A stretch of DNA of 51,531 bases from Candidatus Velthaea sp. (GCA_050012475.1 JBEKHC010000028.1:1-51531); one strand, 5' to 3'; counted from the stretch's first letter, positions 1 through 9,004 are shown. Notes: generated from the letters alone by a model not told the origin. Program-made: numbers and translations.

Positions 1-229
1 GCCGCTGATTTCCCTCGTTCATTTGTAATACTTCGCGAGAGCCGCGCCGCCTGGTCGAACGGCAAGTCTCAAATCAGTACGAAGTTGTAGCGACGGTGGC
101 GGCGCGTCGCGCACCGGAGTCCTGATTGCAAAGTGATCTGCAATGGCTTCTTTAGCCGCGAGGCGCGTGGACGGCGTCGAACCGTCCGCTGACGCGGATG
201 CGAGGTGTGAGCTTCATGCACGTTCCGGC

Positions 230-278
230 AGGCAAAGTCGCTTAGATCAATTGAAGGCAAAGTCGCTTAGATCAATTG
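230..278. repeat. Exact 24-bp tandem direct repeat (AGGCAAAGTCGCTTAGATCAATTG x2, period 25)
   Basis: Copies at 230-253 and 255-278 read directly from the sequence. Confidence 0.9.
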
Positions 279-412
279 TGGAAGGATCGGCCTTTTTGAG
301 AAATGAATGAAGCAAGCGGTTTGTTGCCGCCACTGGCGCTCCTAGCTCGGTATTCTGGCATGTTAGAATGCGGACACGGGCGTGGTCTGTGAACCGAAAG
401 AAGGCGAACCAC

Positions 413-508
413 ATGTCATCAAAGCCATCTTCGCCCGCAATCGAGCTGGATGAGGACGTGTTTCCGCTCCGGTCATTCACGACTTTGCGCTTACGCCGGC
501 GGGCGTGA
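413..508 (+). CDS. Possible small protein, 31 aa (MSSKPSSPAIELDEDVFPLRSFTTLRLRRRA)
   Basis: Extended -10 TGnTAGAAT at 361-369, purine-rich GAAAGAAGG upstream of ATG 413, TGA 506-508; below the ORF-track size cutoff. Confidence 0.3.
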   Translation: MSSKPSSPAIELDEDVFPLRSFTTLRLRRRA

Positions 509-555
509 GGAGTACGAGCGATTGACATTGGTGGCACGTCACTTCGACAAATTCC

Positions 556-644
556 GTTCCCCTCGTTGTTCCCCTTACGCCCTGAAAAATCGGCCCTTTT
601 CGAGGTCGAAATCGACCCTCGCGACCACCTTTTTTTGTTCCCCT
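556..644. repeat. GTTCCCCT motif x3 (556, 568, 637), resembling integrase arm-type sites next to a tRNA 3' end
   Basis: Repeats seen directly; the role is inferred from their position just past the tRNA-Val 3' end. Confidence 0.45.
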
Positions 645-651
645 CGCCCAT

Positions 652-677
652 AAGAAAAGCCCGTAACCACGGGCTTT
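652..677 (-). terminator. Intrinsic terminator of tRNA-Val(GAC)
   Basis: Stem AAAGCCCGT/ACGGGCTTT with 4-nt loop, followed by a U-rich tail on the minus strand. Confidence 0.75.
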
Positions 678-682
678 CAAGA

Positions 683-757
683 TGGTGCGCGGTGCAAGGA
701 TTGAACTTGCGACCCCCACAGTGTCAATGTGATGCTCTCCCACTGAGCTAACCGCGC
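683..757 (-). tRNA. tRNA-Val(GAC)
   Basis: Reverse complement GCGCGGTTAGCTCAGTGGGAGAGCATCACATTGACACTGTGGGGGTCGCAAGTTCAATCCTTGCACCGCGCACCA; cloverleaf, GAC anticodon, encoded CCA. Confidence 0.97.
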
Positions 758-978
758 ATTCGGATGGGACCGGGATGTGTACGCGTTCGCGCTTAGTCGG
801 TCCTTTCCGGCACGACGCCCGCGGAGAGCCGCCTTGATGCTCGTGCAGAGGGGAACTTCGGTCACCCGATCCCTCCGCCATCCGATGCGAAGGCTCGGGC
901 CCGCTTCACGTCCGATGCGTCTGGGGACGCCCTGGGTCGAGGTCCCTGCCGCAACGTAACGCGAATGACGCTCCGGTA

Positions 979-2442
979 ATGACCACTCCCATCCGTTTCC
1001 CATCCAGCTTCGCGTGCGCACCGATGCTGATCTTGGCGTTCTTCGCAGCCGCGATGGGAACGGCCGTGGCCGCCGAGCCATCGGCGGCCGCGATCGATGC
1101 GCTCATTCCGAAAAGCATACAAGGCGGGATGAGCCTCTCGATCGTTCATGGTGATCGTGTCGTCTACACCAAAGGCTATGGGTGGCGCGATGAGGGGACG
1201 CCCGACAAATTCATCCCCGAGGACAAGAATTATTACGGCATGCCCTGGCAGCGCAAGGCTGCAGCGCGGGCGCCGGCCGATCCGCGCACGATCTACGCGA
1301 TCGGTTCGGTAACGCGACAGTTTACTGCCGCCGCGATCCTGCTCTTGAGCGAGCGGCACCAACTGCGCCTCGACGATCCCGTGAGCCGTTACGCACCGGA
1401 ATTTTCCGACTCGAATCTCACGCTGCGGATGCTGCTCAACCAGCGTTCGGGCCTGGGCGACTTAAATACGCTTACGTTCTTGCAACGAGTGCGCCCACAG
1501 GCGCGACGGCCGGACGGCTCGTTGGATGTTGCGCGCATCGATCGTGAAATCGCGGCGCTCCCGCGCAGCTTTGTGCCGGGCGCGCGCTTTGAGTACAATA
1601 ACTCGAATTATTTCGTGCTCGGTTCGATCGTCGAGCGCGTGACGCATCAGCCGCTCGGGCAATTTCTGGCAACGAATATCTTTCGCCCGCTGGGCATGGC
1701 GCGGACGGCGTTTGCGACCGACGCCGCCGTCGACGACGTCGCCGTGGGGTATCGCGTCGATGTGAAAAACGCCCTGTATCGCGCCTATCCGTGGGATCTA
1801 GCGTGGCTAGGCGGCGCGGGCGCGATGACGTCGACGGTCGAAGACCTGGGACGCTGGAACCTCGCGTTGATCACGCATCGCGTCCTCCAGCCGACCGCGC
1901 TCGCGGAAATGTGGCACGGAATCGATGCCGGGCATGGGCAGGGTTCGTACGCCATGGGTTGGATCGAGGACGCGCTGGGTTCGCATCGCTACCTGTGGCA
2001 CAACGGGCAAGTGGGCGGCTTTCGCGCCCTCAACGTGATCTTTCCCAGCGACGATCTCGCGTTCGCAATTCTCACCAACAATCAAGACGCGAAGCCGGAA
2101 TATCTGCTGCCCGGCATCGCGTCGCTTTATTTCCCGGTGAGCGGCCTCGATCGCATCTTGCCGCGATCGGGCGAAGTGTTGATCGAAGCATCGCTGGCCG
2201 TGGGTCTGGGCGCGCTTGCCATTGCGATCGTCGCGATCGTAACCCTCAAGCGCTTCATCCTGGCGGGAATCGGGCTCGCCATTCTCGCGCTCTGCGCCGG
2301 GTTCTTTCTGCCGACACTCGTTGGCTTCGGGTGGGCCGGGCTCGCGGCGATAACGCCGACGGCAGTGTATCTTTTGACGGCACGCTTCATGCCGAAACGC
2401 CCGGTGGTGCCGAAGAAAACGATCCGCCGCTCGCGCTTCTAG
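979..2442 (+). CDS. Serine hydrolase of the beta-lactamase class C/AmpH-like family with signal peptide and C-terminal transmembrane helices
   Basis: GSVTRQFTA (SxxK position), FEYNNSNY (YxN), WHNG (HxG); hydrophobic C-terminus; start could be 1024. Confidence 0.85.
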   Translation: MTTPIRFPSSFACAPMLILAFFAAAMGTAVAAEPSAAAIDALIPKSIQGGMSLSIVHGDRVVYTKGYGWRDEGTPDKFIPEDKNYYGMPWQRKAAARAPADPRTIYAIGSVTRQFTAAAILLLSERHQLRLDDPVSRYAPEFSDSNLTLRMLLNQRSGLGDLNTLTFLQRVRPQARRPDGSLDVARIDREIAALPRSFVPGARFEYNNSNYFVLGSIVERVTHQPLGQFLATNIFRPLGMARTAFATDAAVDDVAVGYRVDVKNALYRAYPWDLAWLGGAGAMTSTVEDLGRWNLALITHRVLQPTALAEMWHGIDAGHGQGSYAMGWIEDALGSHRYLWHNGQVGGFRALNVIFPSDDLAFAILTNNQDAKPEYLLPGIASLYFPVSGLDRILPRSGEVLIEASLAVGLGALAIAIVAIVTLKRFILAGIGLAILALCAGFFLPTLVGFGWAGLAAITPTAVYLLTARFMPKRPVVPKKTIRRSRF

Positions 2443-2459
2443 ACGAGCAGAGGAGGTCC

Positions 2460-2852
2460 ATGTCCGTTCAGTTTCTGGGGGTGAGTCCGGTCTTAATCGT
2501 CGATGCGGTCGAACCGACGCGCGCTTTTTTTATCGATCGGTTGGGCTTTGCCGTCGTTGCGGAAGTCGAGCACGCCGGCAAACTCGGCTTCACGATGCTT
2601 CAGCGGCACCAAGTTACGGTCATGGTGCAGTCGGATGCCAGCCTGCGGGCCGACACTGGCGAGAACTTCGTGCCCGGCCCGTATCAAGCGTCCATCTACG
2701 TTTGGATCGACGACGTCGAAGCCTTCGTGCCCGAAGTCGCCGACGCCGATGTCGTGTTGCCGCTGCGGCGCACCGCCTACGGGATGCACGAGATCGGCAT
2801 TCGCGAGCCGGGCGGGAACATCGTGGTTTTCGCATCACGTTTGACGCCGTAA
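2460..2852 (+). CDS. VOC/glyoxalase-bleomycin resistance family protein
   Basis: AGGAGG RBS at 2451 then ATG 2460; motifs FFIDRLGF and YGMHEIGIREPGGNIVVF. Confidence 0.85.
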   Translation: MSVQFLGVSPVLIVDAVEPTRAFFIDRLGFAVVAEVEHAGKLGFTMLQRHQVTVMVQSDASLRADTGENFVPGPYQASIYVWIDDVEAFVPEVADADVVLPLRRTAYGMHEIGIREPGGNIVVFASRLTP

Positions 2853-2942
2853 CCAGCGCGAGCGCTGCGGCCGCGGCTGCGTGAGGCTCGGGGTTCGCGG
2901 GTATCGATGCGAACAACGTCCACGCCCCGAAAGGAAGAAGCG

Positions 2943-3407
2943 ATGGCAGCCCGCACCAGTTCGCAGCCGCGCAAGAAGTCCGCGGCAAAGAAGTCCGCGC
3001 CGAAGAAGACCGCAGCAAAGAAGACTTCCGCACGTACGATCGCGAGCGCGAAAAAGGCACCGCAGAGAAAGGCTCCGGCCGCGAAGAAGAGCGGCGCTCG
3101 TGCGAAGAAGGCCGGCACGGCGAAGAGATCGGTCACGAAAAAGAGCGCTTCGCGCACCGCCGGCGCGGCGAAGAAAACGAGCGCGCGCAAGACGTCGACG
3201 GGTCGGCGGAAGGTCAGCCTCGCCAGCGCAAACGACGTTCGCACCGAGATGCACGAGATGCACGAGGGATCGCTCAAGTCGGGCCGCAGCGGGAAGAAGG
3301 TCACGAATCCGAAGCAGGCGATTGCGATCGGACTTTCGGAGGCGCGGCGCAGCGGGAAGAAAGTGCCGCCGAATCCTAATCGGCCAAGCCGCAAGAAGCC
3401 CAGTTAG
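2943..3407 (+). CDS. Lys/Ala-rich histone H1-like protein with C-terminal DUF6496 domain
   Basis: KKSAAKK-type repeats; MHEMHEGSLKSGRSGKKVTNPKQAIAIGLSEAR; RBS AAGGAAG. Confidence 0.8.
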   Translation: MAARTSSQPRKKSAAKKSAPKKTAAKKTSARTIASAKKAPQRKAPAAKKSGARAKKAGTAKRSVTKKSASRTAGAAKKTSARKTSTGRRKVSLASANDVRTEMHEMHEGSLKSGRSGKKVTNPKQAIAIGLSEARRSGKKVPPNPNRPSRKKPS

Positions 3408-4526
3408 CTAAACCGCCCGCCGGCGCTTCGCGGTTCGAACCGACGTTGCGAGCAGGGTTCCGAGACGTTTGTGCTCGTCGCGCGCTCCCAGCTTTTCGAT
3501 GAACGCCAAAACCCGCAGTTCATCCGCGCCGAGCGTCGGCCGGCCGGCCGGGACGCGGCTCTTCGCCGCTCGTTCCACGAGTTCGAGCGAGCCGTTGGCG
3601 AGGAATTCGTCGATGACACCGGGATGGTTATACGATTTTCGGCACACCGCCGGCGTGTTCCCGAGCCGTGCGGACACGGCCTTGATCGCCGCGAGGACGC
3701 GCGCCTTGGCGTCGGCTTTCGTCGCGCAATGTTCCGGCGCAAGCGCCAGCGCGCATGCCAGCGTGCCTTCCCACGTGCGAAAATCCTTGGCCGTGAAATC
3801 GTCGCCGGCGATCTCGCGCAGATACACGTTGACGTCCTGCGATGAGATCGACGCCCGTTCGCCGTCGTCGCCGACGTACTGGAAGAGCTCTTGTCCGGGA
3901 AGATCGCGCACTTGGCGCACGATGCGCGCAAGCCGCTTGTCGCGCACGTCGACTTGGTGTTCGCGTCCGCTCTTCCCGCGAAAGCGGAAGCGCAGCGTGT
4001 CGCCGCTGATGCGGACGTGGTCCTCCTGCATCGTCGTGAGGCCGTACGAATCGTTCTGCTTGGCATACTCTTCGTTTCCGACGCGAATCATCGTTGTTTC
4101 GAGCAGCGAAACGACCGTCGCGAGGACTTTCTCGCGTGGCAGGCCCGAGCGCGCGAGATCGCGGCTGACCGCAGCCCGGATGCCGGGCAGGGCTTTCGCG
4201 AACGCAACCATGCGGTCGAATTTCGTCTCGTCGCGGACCTCGCGCCAGCGCGCGTGGTAGCGATATTGCTTGCGGCCGCGAGCGTCGCGACCGGTTGCCT
4301 GGAGATGCCCGCGCGGATCGGGCGAGATCCAAACATCGGTATAGGCCGGGGGAATCGCCAGTTTGCGGATCCGGGCGACGTCGTCACCGCCGGCGAGCGT
4401 TTTGCCGTCGACGCCGACGTAGCGGAAACCGCCGCGCCGCTTCACCCGTCGAATGCCGGGCCGGTCGTCGCTGACGTAACGCAGGCCGGCGGCTTTGGCC
4501 GAATCGACGGGATCGGTGGTCGTCAC
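3408..4526 (-). CDS. Bacterial DNA topoisomerase IB
   Basis: Motifs IPPAYTDVWI, GRDARGRKQYRYH, IRVGNEEYA, FRGKSG, KDFRTW, LGNTPAVCRKSY; GTG start overlaps the DUF488 stop (GTGA). Confidence 0.92.
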   Translation of the reverse strand: MTTTDPVDSAKAAGLRYVSDDRPGIRRVKRRGGFRYVGVDGKTLAGGDDVARIRKLAIPPAYTDVWISPDPRGHLQATGRDARGRKQYRYHARWREVRDETKFDRMVAFAKALPGIRAAVSRDLARSGLPREKVLATVVSLLETTMIRVGNEEYAKQNDSYGLTTMQEDHVRISGDTLRFRFRGKSGREHQVDVRDKRLARIVRQVRDLPGQELFQYVGDDGERASISSQDVNVYLREIAGDDFTAKDFRTWEGTLACALALAPEHCATKADAKARVLAAIKAVSARLGNTPAVCRKSYNHPGVIDEFLANGSLELVERAAKSRVPAGRPTLGADELRVLAFIEKLGARDEHKRLGTLLATSVRTAKRRRAV

Positions 4527-5059
4527 ACCTGACGTTGTACCCGCTCGTCGTAGATCAGCCGCGAGCCGTCCCGGCGGGCGCCGGGCGTGATGACGTGGGC
4601 GGCTTTCATCGCGCCCACGATGTGAGTGACCGACCCGCCGTGCAGCAGCACGACGGCGTCCGCAACCAAGCGCCGGTGGCAGCGCCACCACAGCGTCTCG
4701 GCGCAGAACATCACCGTCGGGCGGTCGCCGGCGAGCATCAGCAATTCGAGCAGGGCCGAGTCGAATTCGGGTGTCTGCATGAAATCGGCGTAGCCGCGGA
4801 AAGACGCGTTGCGCAGCGAGACATTCGGGGAATCCGGTCGCGCCGTGCGCCGTCCGCCCAACTCGGGCATCGGATAATACCCAATCCCCGCCGCGCGCAG
4901 CGAGTCGGCCAGCGCGGCTGCGCCGAACTGCGGGTTCTGCCGGCTTTCCGGAAAGCGGCGGATGTCGGCCGCGGCATCGATCCCGTTCGCGCGAAGGTGC
5001 GAATTGAACGCCGACGCATCCAGCGTGCCGTGTCCGATGCTGGCGAGATGGATCTGCAC
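4523..5059 (-). CDS. DUF488 family protein
   Basis: SIGHG, DIRRFPxSRxNPQF, LGGRR, SFRGYADFM, CAETLWWRCHRRLVAD. Confidence 0.9.
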   Translation of the reverse strand: MQIHLASIGHGTLDASAFNSHLRANGIDAAADIRRFPESRQNPQFGAAALADSLRAAGIGYYPMPELGGRRTARPDSPNVSLRNASFRGYADFMQTPEFDSALLELLMLAGDRPTVMFCAETLWWRCHRRLVADAVVLLHGGSVTHIVGAMKAAHVITPGARRDGSRLIYDERVQRQV

Positions 5060-5176
5060 TCGGCACCGAGTTCGGCGGGTGGCACGGGTTCCGCCTTGAC
5101 GGGTCAGGACCAGCCTCGGGCCAGCTGCGCCCTTGGGGCTCGCGCTGGGCAGCTTGACGAGAGTCCGACAAAAGCG

Positions 5177-5206
5177 TAGACAGGCGTTCTCGGAAGTCTG
5201 TATAAT
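5177..5206 (+). promoter_or_regulatory. Sigma70-type promoter of the tRNA operon
   Basis: TAGACA (5177-5182), 18 nt, perfect TATAAT (5201-5206), 17 nt before the tRNA. Confidence 0.65.
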
Positions 5207-5223
5207 CCCGAAGTTCGCCGGTC

Positions 5224-5298
5224 GGGCGCGTAGCTCAGTGGGAGAGCATCCGCTTCACACGCGGGGGGTCGTTGGTTCAATCCCAACCGTGCCCACCA
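5224..5298 (+). tRNA. tRNA-Val(CAC)
   Basis: GGGCGCGTAGCTCAGTGGGAGAGCATCCGCTTCACACGCGGGGGGTCGTTGGTTCAATCCCAACCGTGCCCACCA; CAC anticodon, CCA end. Confidence 0.97.
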
Positions 5299-5309
5299 CG
5301 ACCTGTTCT

Positions 5310-5386
5310 GGCGCAGTAGCTCAGTTGGTTAGAGCGCCGCCCTGTCACGGCGGAGGTCGAGGGTTCGAGCCCCTTCTGCGTCGCCA
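5310..5386 (+). tRNA. tRNA-Asp(GTC)
   Basis: GGCGCAGTAGCTCAGTTGGTTAGAGCGCCGCCCTGTCACGGCGGAGGTCGAGGGTTCGAGCCCCTTCTGCGTCGCCA; GTC anticodon, CCA end. Confidence 0.97.
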
Positions 5387-5408
5387 CCTCGACGCCCCGA
5401 GCGTTGCC

Positions 5409-5442
5409 GGAAAACCTTGATTCGATCAAGGTTTTCCTTATT
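5409..5442 (+). terminator. Intrinsic terminator after the tRNA operon
   Basis: Perfect stem GGAAAACCTTGA/TCAAGGTTTTCC followed by TTATT. Confidence 0.8.
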
Positions 5443-5580
5443 CCGGGCCTTCTTGGCAAATCTCAGTAACGCGAGTTCGGTAGCGAATCCTTTGAAGCAC
5501 CGGAGCCGATCTACAGGGTTATTCCTGCCTTCTGGGACAAATTCTCGCATGCTCTCTCAGACGGAAATGCAAGAGCAAGC

Positions 5581-6186
5581 ATGGTGACGCGCGGCTTCGG
5601 CGGCCGCAGACAGCCGCCCGATCGATCCGGACGAATCCCGCCCGGGCAGCACCTCGTCGACGATTTTCCCGTCCTTTCTGCCGGTCCGACGCCCCGCGTC
5701 CCCGACGACAAGTGGACGTTCACGCTCAAAATCGGACCGAAACCGGTTAAGACGTGGAACTGGGCGGCGTTCAACGCGTTGCCGCAATCGACGATCACGC
5801 GCGACATCCACTGTGTAACGACGTGGAGCAAACTGGACACCCAGTGGCAGGGCGTTACGATCGACGACCTCCTTGCGGACGCGCAATTCGAGCCGCCGAC
5901 GCCGTTCGTACTCGCGCACTCTTACGGCGGCTATTCGACCAACCTCCCGCTCAAGGATCTCGTCGGCGGAAAAGCGATGATTGCGCTCAAGTTCGACGGG
6001 CAACCGCTAGTGCCCGATCACGGCGGCCCCGCACGCTTACTCGTGCCGCATCTGTATTTTTGGAAGTCGGCCAAGTGGGTTAACGCGATTCAATTCACGA
6101 CGCGGGACGAGGCCGGATTTTGGGAGCTTCGCGGCTACCACATGTACGGTGATCCGTGGCGCGAACAGCGATTCACGGATGATTGA
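5581..6186 (+). CDS. Sulfite oxidase-like molybdopterin-dependent oxidoreductase
   Basis: RIPPGQ, DIHCVTTWSK (Mo-ligand Cys), HGGPARLLVPHLYFWKSAKWV, GFWExRGYHMYGDPW. Confidence 0.9.
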   Translation: MVTRGFGGRRQPPDRSGRIPPGQHLVDDFPVLSAGPTPRVPDDKWTFTLKIGPKPVKTWNWAAFNALPQSTITRDIHCVTTWSKLDTQWQGVTIDDLLADAQFEPPTPFVLAHSYGGYSTNLPLKDLVGGKAMIALKFDGQPLVPDHGGPARLLVPHLYFWKSAKWVNAIQFTTRDEAGFWELRGYHMYGDPWREQRFTDD

Positions 6187-6931
6187 TGCTTCGCCGGCCG
6201 TCGCCGTCAGCCCGTGGCAGGTGGTGACCGTTGCAAAGATCGTCGCCGAAACCCCGCGCATCAAGTCGTTTTTTCTGAAGCTGTCGCGCCCGTTCGCTTT
6301 TGCGGCGGGACAGCACGTCGACGTCAGGCTCACGGCGCCGGACGGCTATCGCGCCATGCGCAGCTATTCGATCGCCTCGGCGCCCCAGGCCGCGCCAACT
6401 ATCGAACTCGCGGTCGAGCGTTTGGACAGCGGTGAAGTCTCGACGTTCCTCCACGACGTCGTGTCCGTCGGCGATTCGTTGGAAATACGCGGTCCGCTCG
6501 GCGGTTATTTTCTTTGGCCGCAGAGCGATACCGGACCGCTGCTCCTCGTCGGCGGCGGTTCGGGTGTGGTCCCGCTCGTGTCGATGATCCGCCATCGGCG
6601 AACGATCAATGACCGGCGCCCGGCGTTGCTGCTGTACTCGGTGCGAACCTCGGCCGACCTCCTGTATGGTGAGGAGCTTTTCGAGCTCGAGCGGCGTCGA
6701 GACGGATTTACATTCGTTGTCGTTCTGACGCGGGAGCAGCCGACGCGGCCGGGCGACTACGGCCGGCGCGTGGACGCGCCGATGATTGCCGACGTGATTG
6801 CTCGACTGCCGGCCGCACCGAGTTCGGTGTTCGTCTGCGGATCGAATCCATTCGTCAACGCTGCGGCGGACGGAGCCGTGGCGGCTGGTATTCCCGCCGA
6901 GACCATTCGAACCGAACGCTACGGCGTCTGA
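6179..6931 (+). CDS. Ferredoxin-NADP reductase-like FAD/NAD(P)-binding oxidoreductase
   Basis: RSYSIAS, GEVSTFL, GPLGGYF, GGGSGVVP, FVCGS; overlaps the upstream stop. Confidence 0.9.
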   Translation: MIDASPAVAVSPWQVVTVAKIVAETPRIKSFFLKLSRPFAFAAGQHVDVRLTAPDGYRAMRSYSIASAPQAAPTIELAVERLDSGEVSTFLHDVVSVGDSLEIRGPLGGYFLWPQSDTGPLLLVGGGSGVVPLVSMIRHRRTINDRRPALLLYSVRTSADLLYGEELFELERRRDGFTFVVVLTREQPTRPGDYGRRVDAPMIADVIARLPAAPSSVFVCGSNPFVNAAADGAVAAGIPAETIRTERYGV

Positions 6932-7252
6932 CGAGTGCGCGTCGTCCGTTGAGGCTGCGGCCTCGCACTGAGCCGTGCCCGGCTGGAGGGGAGTGGCGAG
7001 GGCGTGGAAACCAGCGGGTCGTCTGCGAACGGACGGCCCGGCGCAAGGTTGGGGTCAGCCCAGCAAAGTTCGAACAAATCGGCGACGGGTGGCGAGAGAA
7101 TGAGGCCCAGTTGCGACCGCGCGGTGTCGTGCGTACTGCCCCCTTGCGCAGCGGCCGAAGTGCACCGCCGTTCCGAGAAATCTAGCGGCGCTTCCGGTAC
7201 CAAGCGCGTACTATTGTAGCACTGCACTATTCGGTACCACGCGAGCGGCATC

Positions 7253-7810
7253 ATGAACGACATCGTCGCGCCAAGGGAAGAACCAAGACTCGACCAGCTT
7301 GTCGAAGAAAGCGATCAATTCCGCACTGCGGCGCTTCGAGAGCGTTTAGTCAGAAGAACCAGACTGACGGCCGAAGACGTCGCGAAACTCGAGCGTGATT
7401 TTTGCCGATTCGAGCATTATCCGCTGCCGCCTCAGCCGGGCGAGTATATCTTTTGCCTCGGTTTAAACGAGCCCAATCAGTATTGGGAGTCCGATTACGC
7501 GGTCATCGAGTACGCTCGCTATATTGGCGCACGCTGCATCGACTGGGCCGAGGCCGTGTTCGACTCGCCGTATGGAGCAGAGGAGCCGGTGCGCCTCGAA
7601 AAGCGCACCCAATACGGCGGTCTGATCTGGAAGAGCTTGCCGTTACCGGTAAAGCTTCGGATCGAGGCGCACTTCATTCGCGCCCGCGCGGAGGCCTGTG
7701 ACATCACGCCGCCTAGTTCGCTGGAGGATGCAGCTCGGTGGCTCGACGATGTCGCACGCGAATTAGAAGAGACCATGCCGGGTCGACAACAGTTAAAAAC
7801 GGTTCCATGA
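7253..7810 (+). CDS. Hypothetical protein, 185 aa
   Basis: Clean ATG-started ORF with globular-protein composition; no family recognised. Confidence 0.6.
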   Translation: MNDIVAPREEPRLDQLVEESDQFRTAALRERLVRRTRLTAEDVAKLERDFCRFEHYPLPPQPGEYIFCLGLNEPNQYWESDYAVIEYARYIGARCIDWAEAVFDSPYGAEEPVRLEKRTQYGGLIWKSLPLPVKLRIEAHFIRARAEACDITPPSSLEDAARWLDDVARELEETMPGRQQLKTVP

Positions 7811-7859
7811 CACGGCAACCGGCGCCGGCCGCTTTGAGCCGGCCAAAGCCCCGGCTCAC

Positions 7860-8298
7860 TCAGCGGATCGGATCGGCGAAGACCGCGCGAATGAACGCAT
7901 AGTAGATCGTGTGACCCGCGACGTCGGCCCGTGCTGCGGGTGCTTCCATGACGCCCAGCACGCGTAATCGCTCGCCCATCCGTAAACGTGCGGTGGGCAA
8001 TTTCACGAAGACATCCGTCGGTTCAGCAGCGGAGCCGCATTGGCCGAGGATGATTCCGGGACGCACAATCCCGTCGACCGCACAGACCAACGCGACCCGG
8101 CTGCCCCGTGGAACTCGAAAAGTCGCCCGTGACCCGGCTCAGGTCGTTCTGCCGGTCGACGGCACGCAAGAAACGCGCCTCTTGGAGGCTGCGCGAGATC
8201 ACCTTCGCGGCCGGCACCCTCGATTGCGCGCGGGCGGGCGGTGCTGCCAAAGCCAAAGTGACCACGAGGGCGACGGCGGCCGCACGGACCCTGCTCAC
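7860..8298 (-). pseudogene. Secreted hypothetical protein split by a single-base frameshift near 8097
   Basis: Signal peptide (MSRVRAAAVALVVTLALAAPPARA) in one frame continues as VALVCAVDGIVRPG...FADPIR if one G of CCGGG is removed; could be a sequencing error. Confidence 0.55.
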
Positions 8299-8990
8299 AG
8301 CTTCGGGCTGTAGGCCGTGATCGTCGAACCGAAAACGTCCGGTCCGAAATCGGTCGTCCCCGGGTACGCGGCATAGCCAAGGTGCGAAAGGCTGAAATAG
8401 TCTTCGATCGTGCGTAAGGTCGAATAGTGGTTGTACGCGACGGCGCTAACCGTTCCGGGTTTGATGAACGGCGAGACGAGAACCGTCCCCGTTCGTCCGC
8501 CGCCGCTGTGGCCGACGGTGCTCGCGTACTCGTCCGGCGGCAACAGTCCGTGCGCGATTTCGAGCGCGGGCAGTCGGCCCAGGCCCGGAAGCTGGGTGTT
8601 TGCGCCGCCGGGTTCGTTGCAGCAGGCGCTGCCGTCGTGAATCGCGGTGTTGCCGTCGGCGCTCCCCAAGGCGGCACCCGATTCATCAAACGTGATCATC
8701 AGCAGTCCGTCGGCCTGAAACGCGGGCGAATGCACGATGATCGGCACCCACTCTTGGAGGAAGGCGTTCTCGTCCGCAAGCGTCGACGGGCTGCCCGGCA
8801 TCCGGCATGGGACATCGTGACCGTCGTTGCAGAGGTTGGGTGTGATGAACGCGTAGTTTGGCCTCGTCGCTATCGATGCGAGGTCGGCGGCCAATGTTTT
8901 GTCGTTGAGCGGAACGACGTTCTTCGCGCATGCGCCGGAGTCGACCAGCGAATGGAAGTAGACGAACGGATTGTGCCGCGCGGCATGCGG
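8295..8990 (-). pseudogene. 5'-truncated phosphoesterase (acid phosphatase/PLC-like)
   Basis: AARHNPFVYF, FITPNLCNDGHD, ITFDES, VSPFIKPG, YNHYSTLRTIED present; N-terminal ENxS motif and signal peptide absent. Confidence 0.75.
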
Positions 8991-9004
8991 AACTTGTTCT
9001 TGCC

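Noticed and set aside
2960..3200. AAGAAG-rich DNA repeats
   Set aside because: Explained by the Lys-rich protein repeats of the H1-like gene.
4527..5171. 215-codon N-terminal extension of TopIB in the ORF track
   Set aside because: It overlaps DUF488 in another frame and has shadow-ORF composition; the GTGA overlap at 4526 is the better start.
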